This document shows positions 16,899-24,276 of a DNA stretch of 24,276 nucleotides, piece by piece. The notes beneath the pieces were generated by a model that ran no database searches, was not told where the DNA came from, and saw only the letters and a program-made list of their open reading frames with translations. Origin of the DNA: an uncultured Microcoleaceae cyanobacterium (lineage in GTDB: Bacteria; Cyanobacteriota; Cyanobacteriia; Cyanobacteriales; Microcoleaceae). The stretch spans positions 1-24,276 of the forward strand of contig CALKCV010000124.1 in NCBI GenBank assembly GCA_938083405.1, written 5' to 3'. Each line of letters opens with the position of its first letter. The stretch's first letter is position 1. The translations under genes were made by a program, and so were the position numbers.

Positions 16899-19718
16899 AT
16901 GTCATCAAATAACAAGAAACAAAGTCTAACAAGTTGGCTGACGGTACTCTACATTGCGGGACTAGGTGCCATTGCTGGCATCTTTATCATAGGGCAGATT
17001 TTAGTCTCGCGATCGCTCAAATACCAATTTACTAGCTCCCGAGTCATCAACATCGCAGGCAGGCAACGAATGTTAAGCCAGAAACTCAGCAAAACAGCGT
17101 TGGCCCTGAAATTTCAAACCGATGCCGACAAACTGGCGAGACGAAAAAAGGAACTGGAGGAAGTCGTCCAATTATTCCAAAGATCCCACGAAGGATTGCA
17201 AAATGGCGATGAGGAACTGGGACTGCCGGCTAATAACAACAGTGCCACAATAGCAAAAATGTTTGCCGAGATGGAATTAGACTATCAGCCGATAATCGAG
17301 GCAAGCGAAGAACTGCTGGTTGAATTGGAGAGTAGTTCTGGGGATGAGGATATTTCAGCCTTAGTACAAACAATACTCGATCGCGAAGGCTCCTTCCTCC
17401 GGCAAATGAACGATATTGTCTTTCAATACGATCGCGAGTCCCAACAGCAGGTAGCCAGAGCCAGAAAGATCGAAGAAATTTTGTTTATTATAGCCCTGCT
17501 ACTGCTCTTATCGGAAGGTTTATTCGTATTTCGACCGGCAGTGCGGCGGCTGGAGCGATATATTCGGGAACTGGCAAAATCCGAAGAAGAAACTGCCCGG
17601 GTAGCTGCCGAACTAGAGAGCAAAAACGAAGCTCTGGATATAGCGCTTCAGGAAGCACAGTCTGCCACGCAGCTAAAGTCGGAATTTTTGGCTAACATGA
17701 GCCACGAAATTAGAACGCCGATGAATGGAGTTATCGGCATGACCGGTTTGCTGCTCGATACTGAGTTGGAGGAAAACCAGCGAGATTTTGTCGAAACTAT
17801 CCGCAATAGCGGGGAAGCGTTGCTGGAGATTATTAACGATATTTTAGACTTTTCTAAAATCGAGGCAAACAAGCTGGAGTTGGAAACTCAACCTTATAAC
17901 CTTCGCGACTGTATAGAAGCTTGTTTGGATTTATTAGCTCCCGAAGCGGCAGAAAAGGGCATTGAGTTAGCCTACATTTTTGACGAAGAAACTCCCGAAA
18001 CTCTGGTGGGCGATGCGACTCGGGTGCGACAAATTTTAGTCAATCTTCTGAGCAACGGGCTTAAATTTACCCAGGCAGGGGAAGTGGTAGTGACGATCGC
18101 CTCTCGGGAAATGTCGGAAGAAACGGACAGGGTGGAATCGGGGTTGTATGAAATTCATTTTGCTGTCAAGGATACCGGCATTGGCATTCCTCCAGAAGGA
18201 ATGGAGCGATTGTTTTTGTCGTTTTCTCAAGTGGATGCTTCTACCACGCGAGAATATGGGGGCACTGGTTTGGGCTTGGCTATTAGCCAGCGCTTGTGCG
18301 AAATGATGGGGGGAAGGATGTGGGTCGAAAGTGGGGGTAATATAGCTGGATATCCTCCTGTTGGCTTTAAAGCCTCGGTCGGCGAATATCCCTGGAGCGA
18401 AGGCGGTTCTACTTTTCATTTTACTCTTGTTGCTCCCACTGCAGCGAGCAAACCCCAAGCTTTTTTGCTTCCTCAACCGTTATTGAGGGGTAAAAAAGTG
18501 TTAATTGTGGACGATAATGCCACTAATCGCTTAATTCTAAAGCTGCAAGCGCAGAAGTGGGAGATGACGAGCCTGGATGTAGCCAGCGGCAAGGAAGCTT
18601 TGGAGTTGCTCGCTCGCGGTGAATATCTCGATCTGGCAATTCTGGATATGCAGATGCCGGAGATGGATGGGCTTACTTTGGCTTCAGAAATCCGCAAGTA
18701 TCGAGACCGTAACGCCCTGCCACTGGTGATGCTTACTTCTATGAGTTGTCCTACTGGGGACGCGAAGCTCAATTTTGCTGCTTGTTTGAATAAGCCGGTG
18801 AAGCCTTCTCAACTTCACGATGTCTTGATGGATACTTTTGCCCAACGTTTCCAGCGAGAGAGAATGAAGCCGACGGCTAAGGGCAATATTGATTCCGAGC
18901 TAGCCCTTCGCCTGCCTTTGCGGATTTTGATGGTTGAGGATAATGCGGTAAATCAAAAGGTGGCGCAGTCTATCTTGGGGCGCATGGGTTATCGCGCCGA
19001 CGTGGCGGGTAATGGGGTGGAGGGCTTGGCCGCTCTGGAAAAAGTGGCTTACGATGTACTGTTGATGGACGTGCAGATGCCGGAAATGGGAGGGTTGGAA
19101 GCAACCCGGCGCATTCGCTCTAAATACGGAAAGGGACCGGATGCTAGACCTATTATTATTGCGATGACGGCGGGGGCGATGGAGGGCGATCGCGATCGCT
19201 GTCTGGAGGCGGGGATGAACGATTATATTAGCAAGCCGGTTAAAGTAGGATATTTACAAGATGCTCTCAAGCATTGGGGGGCGATCGTATCCGAGAGAAC
19301 TGCAGCGTCCCCAACTTCTTCCGAACTCGCGCCTCCACCGCCCTCGACTCCTGTTAGTTTTCTTGGCGATCGTCGGGTTAATTTGGAAGTGCTGCGGCAA
19401 ATGGAGGAAAACTTTCAGGGGCAGGGTGGTGCAGAATTGGTGAGGGAGTTGATCGATATCTTTTTTGAAGATACTCCCCAATTGTTGGCTAAGATGCGAG
19501 ACGCCATAGCGGCAGGAAAGATAAATGAGATACAGCTAGCCGCTCATTCTCTTAAGGGTAACAGTCGTACTATGGGGGCTAATTTTATGGGGGAGCTTTG
19601 TGCGGAGTTGGAGCTAAAAGCTGAGGTGGATTCTTTGGATGGGGCCGAGAAATGTCTCGAAGAGTTGGAGCGAGAGTTTGAGAGCGTGCGAAGGGTGCTT
19701 GAGGGTTTTAAGGTTTGA
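16899..19718 (+). CDS. Hybrid sensor histidine kinase: TM-PilJ/NarX-like sensor-TM-HisKA-HATPase-REC-REC-Hpt
   Basis: [14 protein letters not shown] in the extracytoplasmic domain; [14 protein letters not shown] (H box); [22 protein letters not shown]; two REC domains (VDDN/LDMQMP/KP and VEDN/MDVQMP/KP); Hpt AAHSLKG. Confidence 0.93.
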   Translation: MSSNNKKQSLTSWLTVLYIAGLGAIAGIFIIGQILVSRSLKYQFTSSRVINIAGRQRMLSQKLSKTALALKFQTDADKLARRKKELEEVVQLFQRSHEGLQNGDEELGLPANNNSATIAKMFAEMELDYQPIIEASEELLVELESSSGDEDISALVQTILDREGSFLRQMNDIVFQYDRESQQQVARARKIEEILFIIALLLLLSEGLFVFRPAVRRLERYIRELAKSEEETARVAAELESKNEALDIALQEAQSATQLKSEFLANMSHEIRTPMNGVIGMTGLLLDTELEENQRDFVETIRNSGEALLEIINDILDFSKIEANKLELETQPYNLRDCIEACLDLLAPEAAEKGIELAYIFDEETPETLVGDATRVRQILVNLLSNGLKFTQAGEVVVTIASREMSEETDRVESGLYEIHFAVKDTGIGIPPEGMERLFLSFSQVDASTTREYGGTGLGLAISQRLCEMMGGRMWVESGGNIAGYPPVGFKASVGEYPWSEGGSTFHFTLVAPTAASKPQAFLLPQPLLRGKKVLIVDDNATNRLILKLQAQKWEMTSLDVASGKEALELLARGEYLDLAILDMQMPEMDGLTLASEIRKYRDRNALPLVMLTSMSCPTGDAKLNFAACLNKPVKPSQLHDVLMDTFAQRFQRERMKPTAKGNIDSELALRLPLRILMVEDNAVNQKVAQSILGRMGYRADVAGNGVEGLAALEKVAYDVLLMDVQMPEMGGLEATRRIRSKYGKGPDARPIIIAMTAGAMEGDRDRCLEAGMNDYISKPVKVGYLQDALKHWGAIVSERTAASPTSSELAPPPPSTPVSFLGDRRVNLEVLRQMEENFQGQGGAELVRELIDIFFEDTPQLLAKMRDAIAAGKINEIQLAAHSLKGNSRTMGANFMGELCAELELKAEVDSLDGAEKCLEELEREFESVRRVLEGFKV

Positions 19719-19768
19719 GGGAGGGTTTTTCTGCTAATATTATCCTCGACCGAAGATTTTAACTGAAA

Positions 19769-20947
19769 ATGAATCCTAATAATTCTAATTTGTCAAGTCA
19801 CAGAGAAAAGTTTCCTGCTTTAGCTAATAAAGCTTATTTTAATTATGGCGGTCAGGGCCCCCTGCCTCAAGCAGCTTTGGATGCTATTTACAAATCTTTC
19901 CAAAAAATCCAAACTGACGGGCCTTTTTGTGGAAAAATCTGGCCTTTGGTACAGGAAGAAACTAATTTGACCCGAGAGGCGATCGCTTCTGAATTAAACG
20001 TCTCTCCAGAAACAATTACTCTGACGGAAGATGTGACCGTTGGCTGTAATATTGCTCTCTGGGGAATTGATTGGCAGCCGGGGGATAATGTTTTGCTCTC
20101 CGATTGCGAACATCCGGGAATTATTGCGGCAATTGGAGAAATTCAGCGCCGATTTAATCTAGAAGTTTCTGTTTTTCCTTTGATGGAAACTTTGAACGAA
20201 GGAGACCCGGTAGCTGCTATAGAAAAACATTTAAAACCTAATACTAAGTTATTAGCAATAAGTCATATTTTGTGGAATACGGGTCAAGTTTTGCCTCTGG
20301 CAGATATCGTAAAAGTATGCCACCAAAATGGAGAACGACCGGTTAAAGTATTAGTTGATGCGGCTCAATCTGTAGGGGTTTTGCCTCTGAATTTAGCAGA
20401 AACCGGAGTTGATTTTTATGCTTTTACCGGGCATAAATGGTTGTGCGGACCGGAGGGAGTGGGGGGGCTTTACGTCAGCCCAGAAGCTCGAAAAGATTTA
20501 AGCCCCACTTTTATCGGTTGGCGCGGAATAACTGTTAGTAAAAACGGTCAACCGACGGGATTTAAAACAGGCGGACAACGATATGAAATTGCTACTTCAG
20601 CGACTCCTTTATATAAGGGTTTGCAGGAGGCGATCGCCCTTCACCGTAGCTGGGGCACTGCTGAGGAACGTTACGAACAAATCAAACAATTAAGCGCCTA
20701 TCTTTGGCAGGGTTTATCAGAAATAAATAACGTTAATTGCTTGCGAAAAACTCCGCCAGAAGCAGGATTAGTTTCCTTTACTTTAACTAACGGCAAACCC
20801 CATAAAGACCTAGTTGACTTTTTAGAAAGCCGGGGAATAATGGTGCGGACTATTCTCGATCCCGATTGCGTGAGGGCATCGGTTCATTATCTTACCTTAG
20901 AGTCGGAAATCGATCGATTAATTGCAGCAGTTAAAGAATATAGTTGA
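19769..20947 (+). CDS. PLP-dependent class V aminotransferase; L-cysteine/cystine lyase (C-DES)-like
   Basis: FPALANKAYFNYGGQGPLP, DCEHPG, SHILWNTGQ, DAAQS, FTGHKW (PLP lysine), R.S.HY; lacks the IscS/SufS catalytic-loop pattern; closely recalls Synechocystis C-DES. Confidence 0.85.
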   Translation: MNPNNSNLSSHREKFPALANKAYFNYGGQGPLPQAALDAIYKSFQKIQTDGPFCGKIWPLVQEETNLTREAIASELNVSPETITLTEDVTVGCNIALWGIDWQPGDNVLLSDCEHPGIIAAIGEIQRRFNLEVSVFPLMETLNEGDPVAAIEKHLKPNTKLLAISHILWNTGQVLPLADIVKVCHQNGERPVKVLVDAAQSVGVLPLNLAETGVDFYAFTGHKWLCGPEGVGGLYVSPEARKDLSPTFIGWRGITVSKNGQPTGFKTGGQRYEIATSATPLYKGLQEAIALHRSWGTAEERYEQIKQLSAYLWQGLSEINNVNCLRKTPPEAGLVSFTLTNGKPHKDLVDFLESRGIMVRTILDPDCVRASVHYLTLESEIDRLIAAVKEYS

Positions 20948-21040
20948 AAGTTTGTCCCTTTCGGACTAAAATTGAAGTAAACCGATGCAACCCTAATTTT
21001 GGGGTTGCATATCTAGTTGTTTAATGAGTTAAAAAAACCA

Positions 21041-21817
21041 ATGGGAAGCGAAAGAATCGTTTTATTATCAAAAAGAGAAATAGAAAAGATGCGGCGGGCG
21101 GGGCGCGCGGCAGCAGCATTACTACACTATCTCGAACCTCATGTCAAGCCGGGAGTCACCACTGCGGAACTCGACGAGATAGCCGAAAGTTGGACGAAAG
21201 AACGGGGATACCGCAGCGCCCCTCTGGGGTATCACGGCTTTCCTAAGTCTATTTGCACCAGCGTTAATAACGTCATCTGTCACGGCATCCCCAATAAGAA
21301 ACAGGTATTAAAGGACGGAGATATTATCAATATCGACGTAACGCCAGTGGTGGATGGCTATCACGGCGATACTTCCAAGACTTTTTTCGTGGGGGAACCA
21401 TCTGCCGAGGCGAGGAAGTTAGTAGAGGTTACGGAGAAATGTCTTTATCAAGCTATTGAAGAAGTTAAACCGGGGAACCGGATCGGGGATCTGGGTGCTG
21501 CCATTCAGGAATGTGCCGAGCCCCAGGGTTTTTCCGTAGTGCGAGATTTTGTCGGTCACGGCGTGAGCAATGTTTTCCATACCGCCCCCCAGGTGCCCCA
21601 CTTCGGCACTCGGGGAAAAGGCAAGCGCTTGCGACCTGGAATGGTGTTTACGATCGAACCGATGATTAACGAGGGAAGTTGGGAAGCTAAGGTGCTTGAG
21701 GATGAGTGGACGGCGATTACGGTGGATGGGGGCTTATCGGCACAGTTCGAGCATACTGTTGCGGTCACTCCAGATGGGGTTGAGATTTTGACCTTATACG
21801 AAGGAGACGACGTTTAA
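21041..21817 (+). CDS. map: Methionine aminopeptidase type I (ATG 21041 preferred over 21017)
   Basis: CTSVNNVICHGIP, NIDVT, HGDTS, GHG, FTIEPM, AQFEHT metal-ligand motifs. Confidence 0.97.
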   Translation: MGSERIVLLSKREIEKMRRAGRAAAALLHYLEPHVKPGVTTAELDEIAESWTKERGYRSAPLGYHGFPKSICTSVNNVICHGIPNKKQVLKDGDIINIDVTPVVDGYHGDTSKTFFVGEPSAEARKLVEVTEKCLYQAIEEVKPGNRIGDLGAAIQECAEPQGFSVVRDFVGHGVSNVFHTAPQVPHFGTRGKGKRLRPGMVFTIEPMINEGSWEAKVLEDEWTAITVDGGLSAQFEHTVAVTPDGVEILTLYEGDDV

Positions 21818-21829
21818 AGCGATGGGTTC

Positions 21830-21967
21830 GTAGTAATCGCGAAGAGCGATTCATCCATAAGCACCCGTGCCAAATTAATTAGACATATTGAACAGGCGAG
21901 ACGCCTGTTCTACGAACAAATCTTTGTCTAAATATTTTTGCTTATAAATCGCTAAAGCGATTACTAC
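21830..21967. mobile_element. REP family A inverted doublet (REPIN-like) with a nested family B element at 21858-21944
   Basis: Outer perfect 13-bp IR TCGTAGTAATCGC (21828-21840)/GCGATTACTACGA (21957-21969); inner TAAGCA...TTAGACA / TGTCTAA...TGCTTA ends enclosing GAACAGGC-gagac-GCCTGTTCTAC. Confidence 0.75.
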
Positions 21968-21981
21968 GATCGAGCTAACAA

Positions 21982-24090
21982 CTACAGCTCGATACCAATT
22001 AATTGAAAACTTCGTTTAATCTCTTTTGCTAAATCCGCTTTTTGCTGTAATTCGTACAATTCTACTGCTTTGAGATAAGCATTTCGCATTTCCAGAAAGT
22101 TAGCATATCCCTCCCCCGCTTCGATAAGATGAAACAAAACCCAGCCTAAATTATGATACGCTTCGGCATAACTTGGGTTTAATTTCACTGCCGCTTCCAG
22201 ATAAGAACGCGCTTGCGATCGCTCCCCGCGATCGCCTAACAAACTACCCAAACGAAACAGACAAAAATCGTCCCCGAAACTGGAGTTATCCAAAGAAGTT
22301 CGATTCAACTTTTGTCGATAGATATCCATGGCGGCATCCTGCCTTCCCACCCGTTCGCAAGCAACGCCCAAATTCACAAAGGCCCACCAGGGAACTTCCT
22401 GTTGGCCGGTTGCCGTTTGTAAAAGAGCGATCGCTTCTTCCCATCTACCCCGACTCGCCAGCTTCCAACCCTTGTATCCCCAGGCAAAAGCGCTATCCGG
22501 TATTTGCTCTAGAAACTCTTCTATACACCTATCCGCATCGGGGGCGGTTTCACCGGCTAGGGCCTGGGCGATCGCTACGGTCAAACAAGGATAAAGCCAT
22601 CGCTGCAATTCCAGATTATAATTGTTATTAAACTGCTTTAATTTAGTAATAGCCGGGCGAGTGGCGCGGATAGACTCTACCCACCGATTTTGCTTTACTA
22701 AAATCCAACCTTTTAAGCCCAATGCAAAACTAGAATTGCTATCTAATTCTAAAGCGCGATCGCAAGTTTTTTCTGCTTTTTCCCAATAGCCTAATTTAGC
22801 CAAAGCCCAAGCAAAATTAGCCTGTATCCAGGACTCATCCGGCGCTAAAAACGCTCCCCGCTGTAACAGAGAAAGTGCCTCTTCCCAGTTAGCTTGGCGA
22901 GCGCTTATTAACCCTAAAACGCCATAACTTCTACCGTCATTCGGCTGTAATTCAATAGCTTTATTAGCTGCCGATGCCGCTTGGCGATCGCTACCCTCAG
23001 ACATAAGCAACATTGCCAGCTCCACCGCAGCCAAACCATTATTTGCTTCTCGCGCCAAACATTCCTCATAAGCAGAAATAGCCTCTACAATTTTTCCCGC
23101 TTTAACTAACTCTCGCCCCCGCCTCAAAGAAGGAGAAATAAACTCACCTTTTAAAGCATCAATTAACTCATCCGCGCTCTGAAAGCGTTCCTGGGCTTTC
23201 AACTTCATACCAGTTAAAACGATCTGTTCTATGTGGCGAGAAATTGACGGCATTATTTGTCGCGGTGGAACCAAAGTATCGCTCGTCATTCTAGCAGGAG
23301 AAGCCACAGGAATTACCCCGCTTAAAGCGTGATACATCGAGGCGCAAAAAGCATAAAAATCCGTACTGGGATGGCGCTTGCCGAAATGAGCGTATTGTTC
23401 TAAAGGGGCGTATCCGGGAGTTAACATGGCAGTCATTTTTTTCGTAATACCTGCCATAAATTCTCTGGCGGCCCCGAAGTCGATGAGAATTGCTTTGTCT
23501 TCGGAATTAATAATAATATTATCTGGTTTAATGTCTCGGTGTAATAAATTATTACTATGAACTACTTTTAGGGCATCTGCCACTTGCAGAAAATAATTTT
23601 TAACGCGATTTTCTGGCAATTGCCCCTCGGCTTTTAACATTCTAGAAAGAGGCTTTCCTTCGACAAAATCCATGACGAGATAGGCCGTGTTATTTTCTTC
23701 AAACCAGTCATAAACTCGGACAATATGAGGATGAGCGCATCGTTTTAAAGATTCTGCTTCTGTTTTAAATTTTTGGATTTGTTCCTCTCTAGCTTGTGCC
23801 GGCAGAGAATTGGCATAAATAATATTGGGGCCCTCTCTGGTAAACTTGTCCGGGCATAGTTCTTTAATGGCAACTTCCGCAGAAATGTCGGTATCGATCG
23901 CTTTGTAGGTGATGCCAAAACCGCCTTCGCCTAAAGTTTTTTCGACGATATATCTGCTCTGCTGAAGTTTAGTTCCAGGAGGGAGTTGATATCCCGGAGA
24001 AGATAAAATAGTTAGGGGAAAACTGCAGGCAGCACAAGTAATGGAAGTATCTAAGTTTTGAGCGCTGCATTTAGGACATTTGATAGGCAT
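21982..24090 (-). CDS. Ser/Thr protein kinase with N-terminal double zinc ribbon and C-terminal TPR repeats
   Basis: CPKC...CAAC; GEGGFG, VAIKE, HRDIKPDN, DFG, TPGYAPLEQ; multiple TPR units (e.g. YAEAYHNLG); no TM segment seen. Confidence 0.93.
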   Translation of the reverse strand: MPIKCPKCSAQNLDTSITCAACSFPLTILSSPGYQLPPGTKLQQSRYIVEKTLGEGGFGITYKAIDTDISAEVAIKELCPDKFTREGPNIIYANSLPAQAREEQIQKFKTEAESLKRCAHPHIVRVYDWFEENNTAYLVMDFVEGKPLSRMLKAEGQLPENRVKNYFLQVADALKVVHSNNLLHRDIKPDNIIINSEDKAILIDFGAAREFMAGITKKMTAMLTPGYAPLEQYAHFGKRHPSTDFYAFCASMYHALSGVIPVASPARMTSDTLVPPRQIMPSISRHIEQIVLTGMKLKAQERFQSADELIDALKGEFISPSLRRGRELVKAGKIVEAISAYEECLAREANNGLAAVELAMLLMSEGSDRQAASAANKAIELQPNDGRSYGVLGLISARQANWEEALSLLQRGAFLAPDESWIQANFAWALAKLGYWEKAEKTCDRALELDSNSSFALGLKGWILVKQNRWVESIRATRPAITKLKQFNNNYNLELQRWLYPCLTVAIAQALAGETAPDADRCIEEFLEQIPDSAFAWGYKGWKLASRGRWEEAIALLQTATGQQEVPWWAFVNLGVACERVGRQDAAMDIYRQKLNRTSLDNSSFGDDFCLFRLGSLLGDRGERSQARSYLEAAVKLNPSYAEAYHNLGWVLFHLIEAGEGYANFLEMRNAYLKAVELYELQQKADLAKEIKRSFQLIGIEL

Positions 24091-24133
24091 TTTTTTCGGG
24101 GAATAAATTGTTTTGGTGGTGCGGGAGCGGTTG

Positions 24134-24191
24134 TTTGTAGTAATCGCTAAAGCGATTCATACCTATAAATCGCTTTAGCGATTACTACAAA
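24134..24191. repeat. REP family A inverted doublet, empty form
   Basis: TTT-GTAGTAATCGCTAAAGCGATTCAT-acct-ATAAATCGCTTTAGCGATTACTAC-AAA. Confidence 0.85.
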
Positions 24192-24276
24192 TTTGAAATA
24201 ATAAACGAATATTGCCGATGGTAATTTCGTCTCCTGAATTTAAAGTTTCTGGGGCGGTAATTTTCTGATATCCAGT
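24175..24276 (-). CDS. 3' end of a probable FHA-domain protein (5' part outside the window)
   Basis: Open frame from the window edge: TGYQKITAPETLNSGDEITIGNIRLLFQICSNR*; L..GD.I.IG...L.F matches the FHA C-terminal strands. Only 33 aa are visible. Confidence 0.65.
   Translation of the reverse strand, partial: TGYQKITAPETLNSGDEITIGNIRLLFQICSNR

Larger units (their letters stand above)
97..22990. repeat. Dispersed HIP1 octamer GCGATCGC
   Basis: About 35 exact copies by manual count, including overlapping doublets GCGATCGCGATCGC near 5643 and 19187. Confidence 0.95.

Noticed and set aside
19769-20947. IscS/SufS cysteine desulfurase assignment
   Set aside because: Lacks the SSGSAC/RSGHHC catalytic loops; fits the C-DES-like lyase better.
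2689-22631. Short alternative-frame and antisense ORFs in the track (e.g. 2689-2883, 2982-3254, 4881-5081, 6349-6678, 7789-7971, 9968-10195, 10414-12700 set, 13216-13521, 13910-14098, 17423-19481 set, 22173-22631)
   Set aside because: They lie within or opposite well-supported genes, a tRNA or repeats, and show no recognisable motifs; consistent with shadow ORFs from codon bias.
1-24276. CRISPR array or cas locus
   Set aside because: No run of equal-length repeats with unique spacers. The 20-bp repeat at 13767/13799 has only two copies with a 12-nt gap. The Cas4-like Cys pattern is in a stand-alone TM0106 protein.

Overview
Cyanobacterial chromosomal window. The assignment rests on about 35 HIP1 GCGATCGC octamers (manual count), heptamer tandem arrays, and gene content such as sigC, furA and ccdA-ccs1; the genus cannot be determined. 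It is mostly core genome: pentapeptide-repeat protein, a convergent RHH-antitoxin/MazF toxin pair, ccdA-ccs1, tRNA-Pro(CGG), lipA, sigC, furA overlapping tail-to-tail with a peptidoglycan-binding gene, clpB, gloA, tRNA-Asp(GTC), phytase-like esterase, TM0106-family nuclease, a PilJ/NarX-sensor hybrid histidine kinase, C-DES-like lyase, map, a Zn-ribbon/Ser-Thr kinase/TPR protein, and the truncated 3' end of an FHA-like gene. No CRISPR array, integrase or transposase was seen. The most unusual signal is non-coding. At least three families of GTAG-footed REP-like hairpins occur, some inside larger TIR-bounded mini-elements. One element is nested in the centre of a REP doublet whose empty form is also in the window. 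There are also HIP1-centred terminator hairpins and a possible leader ORF coupled to sigC. The most interesting protein is a candidate nitrate-sensing hybrid kinase. All calls are by eye from motifs; no database searches were run.
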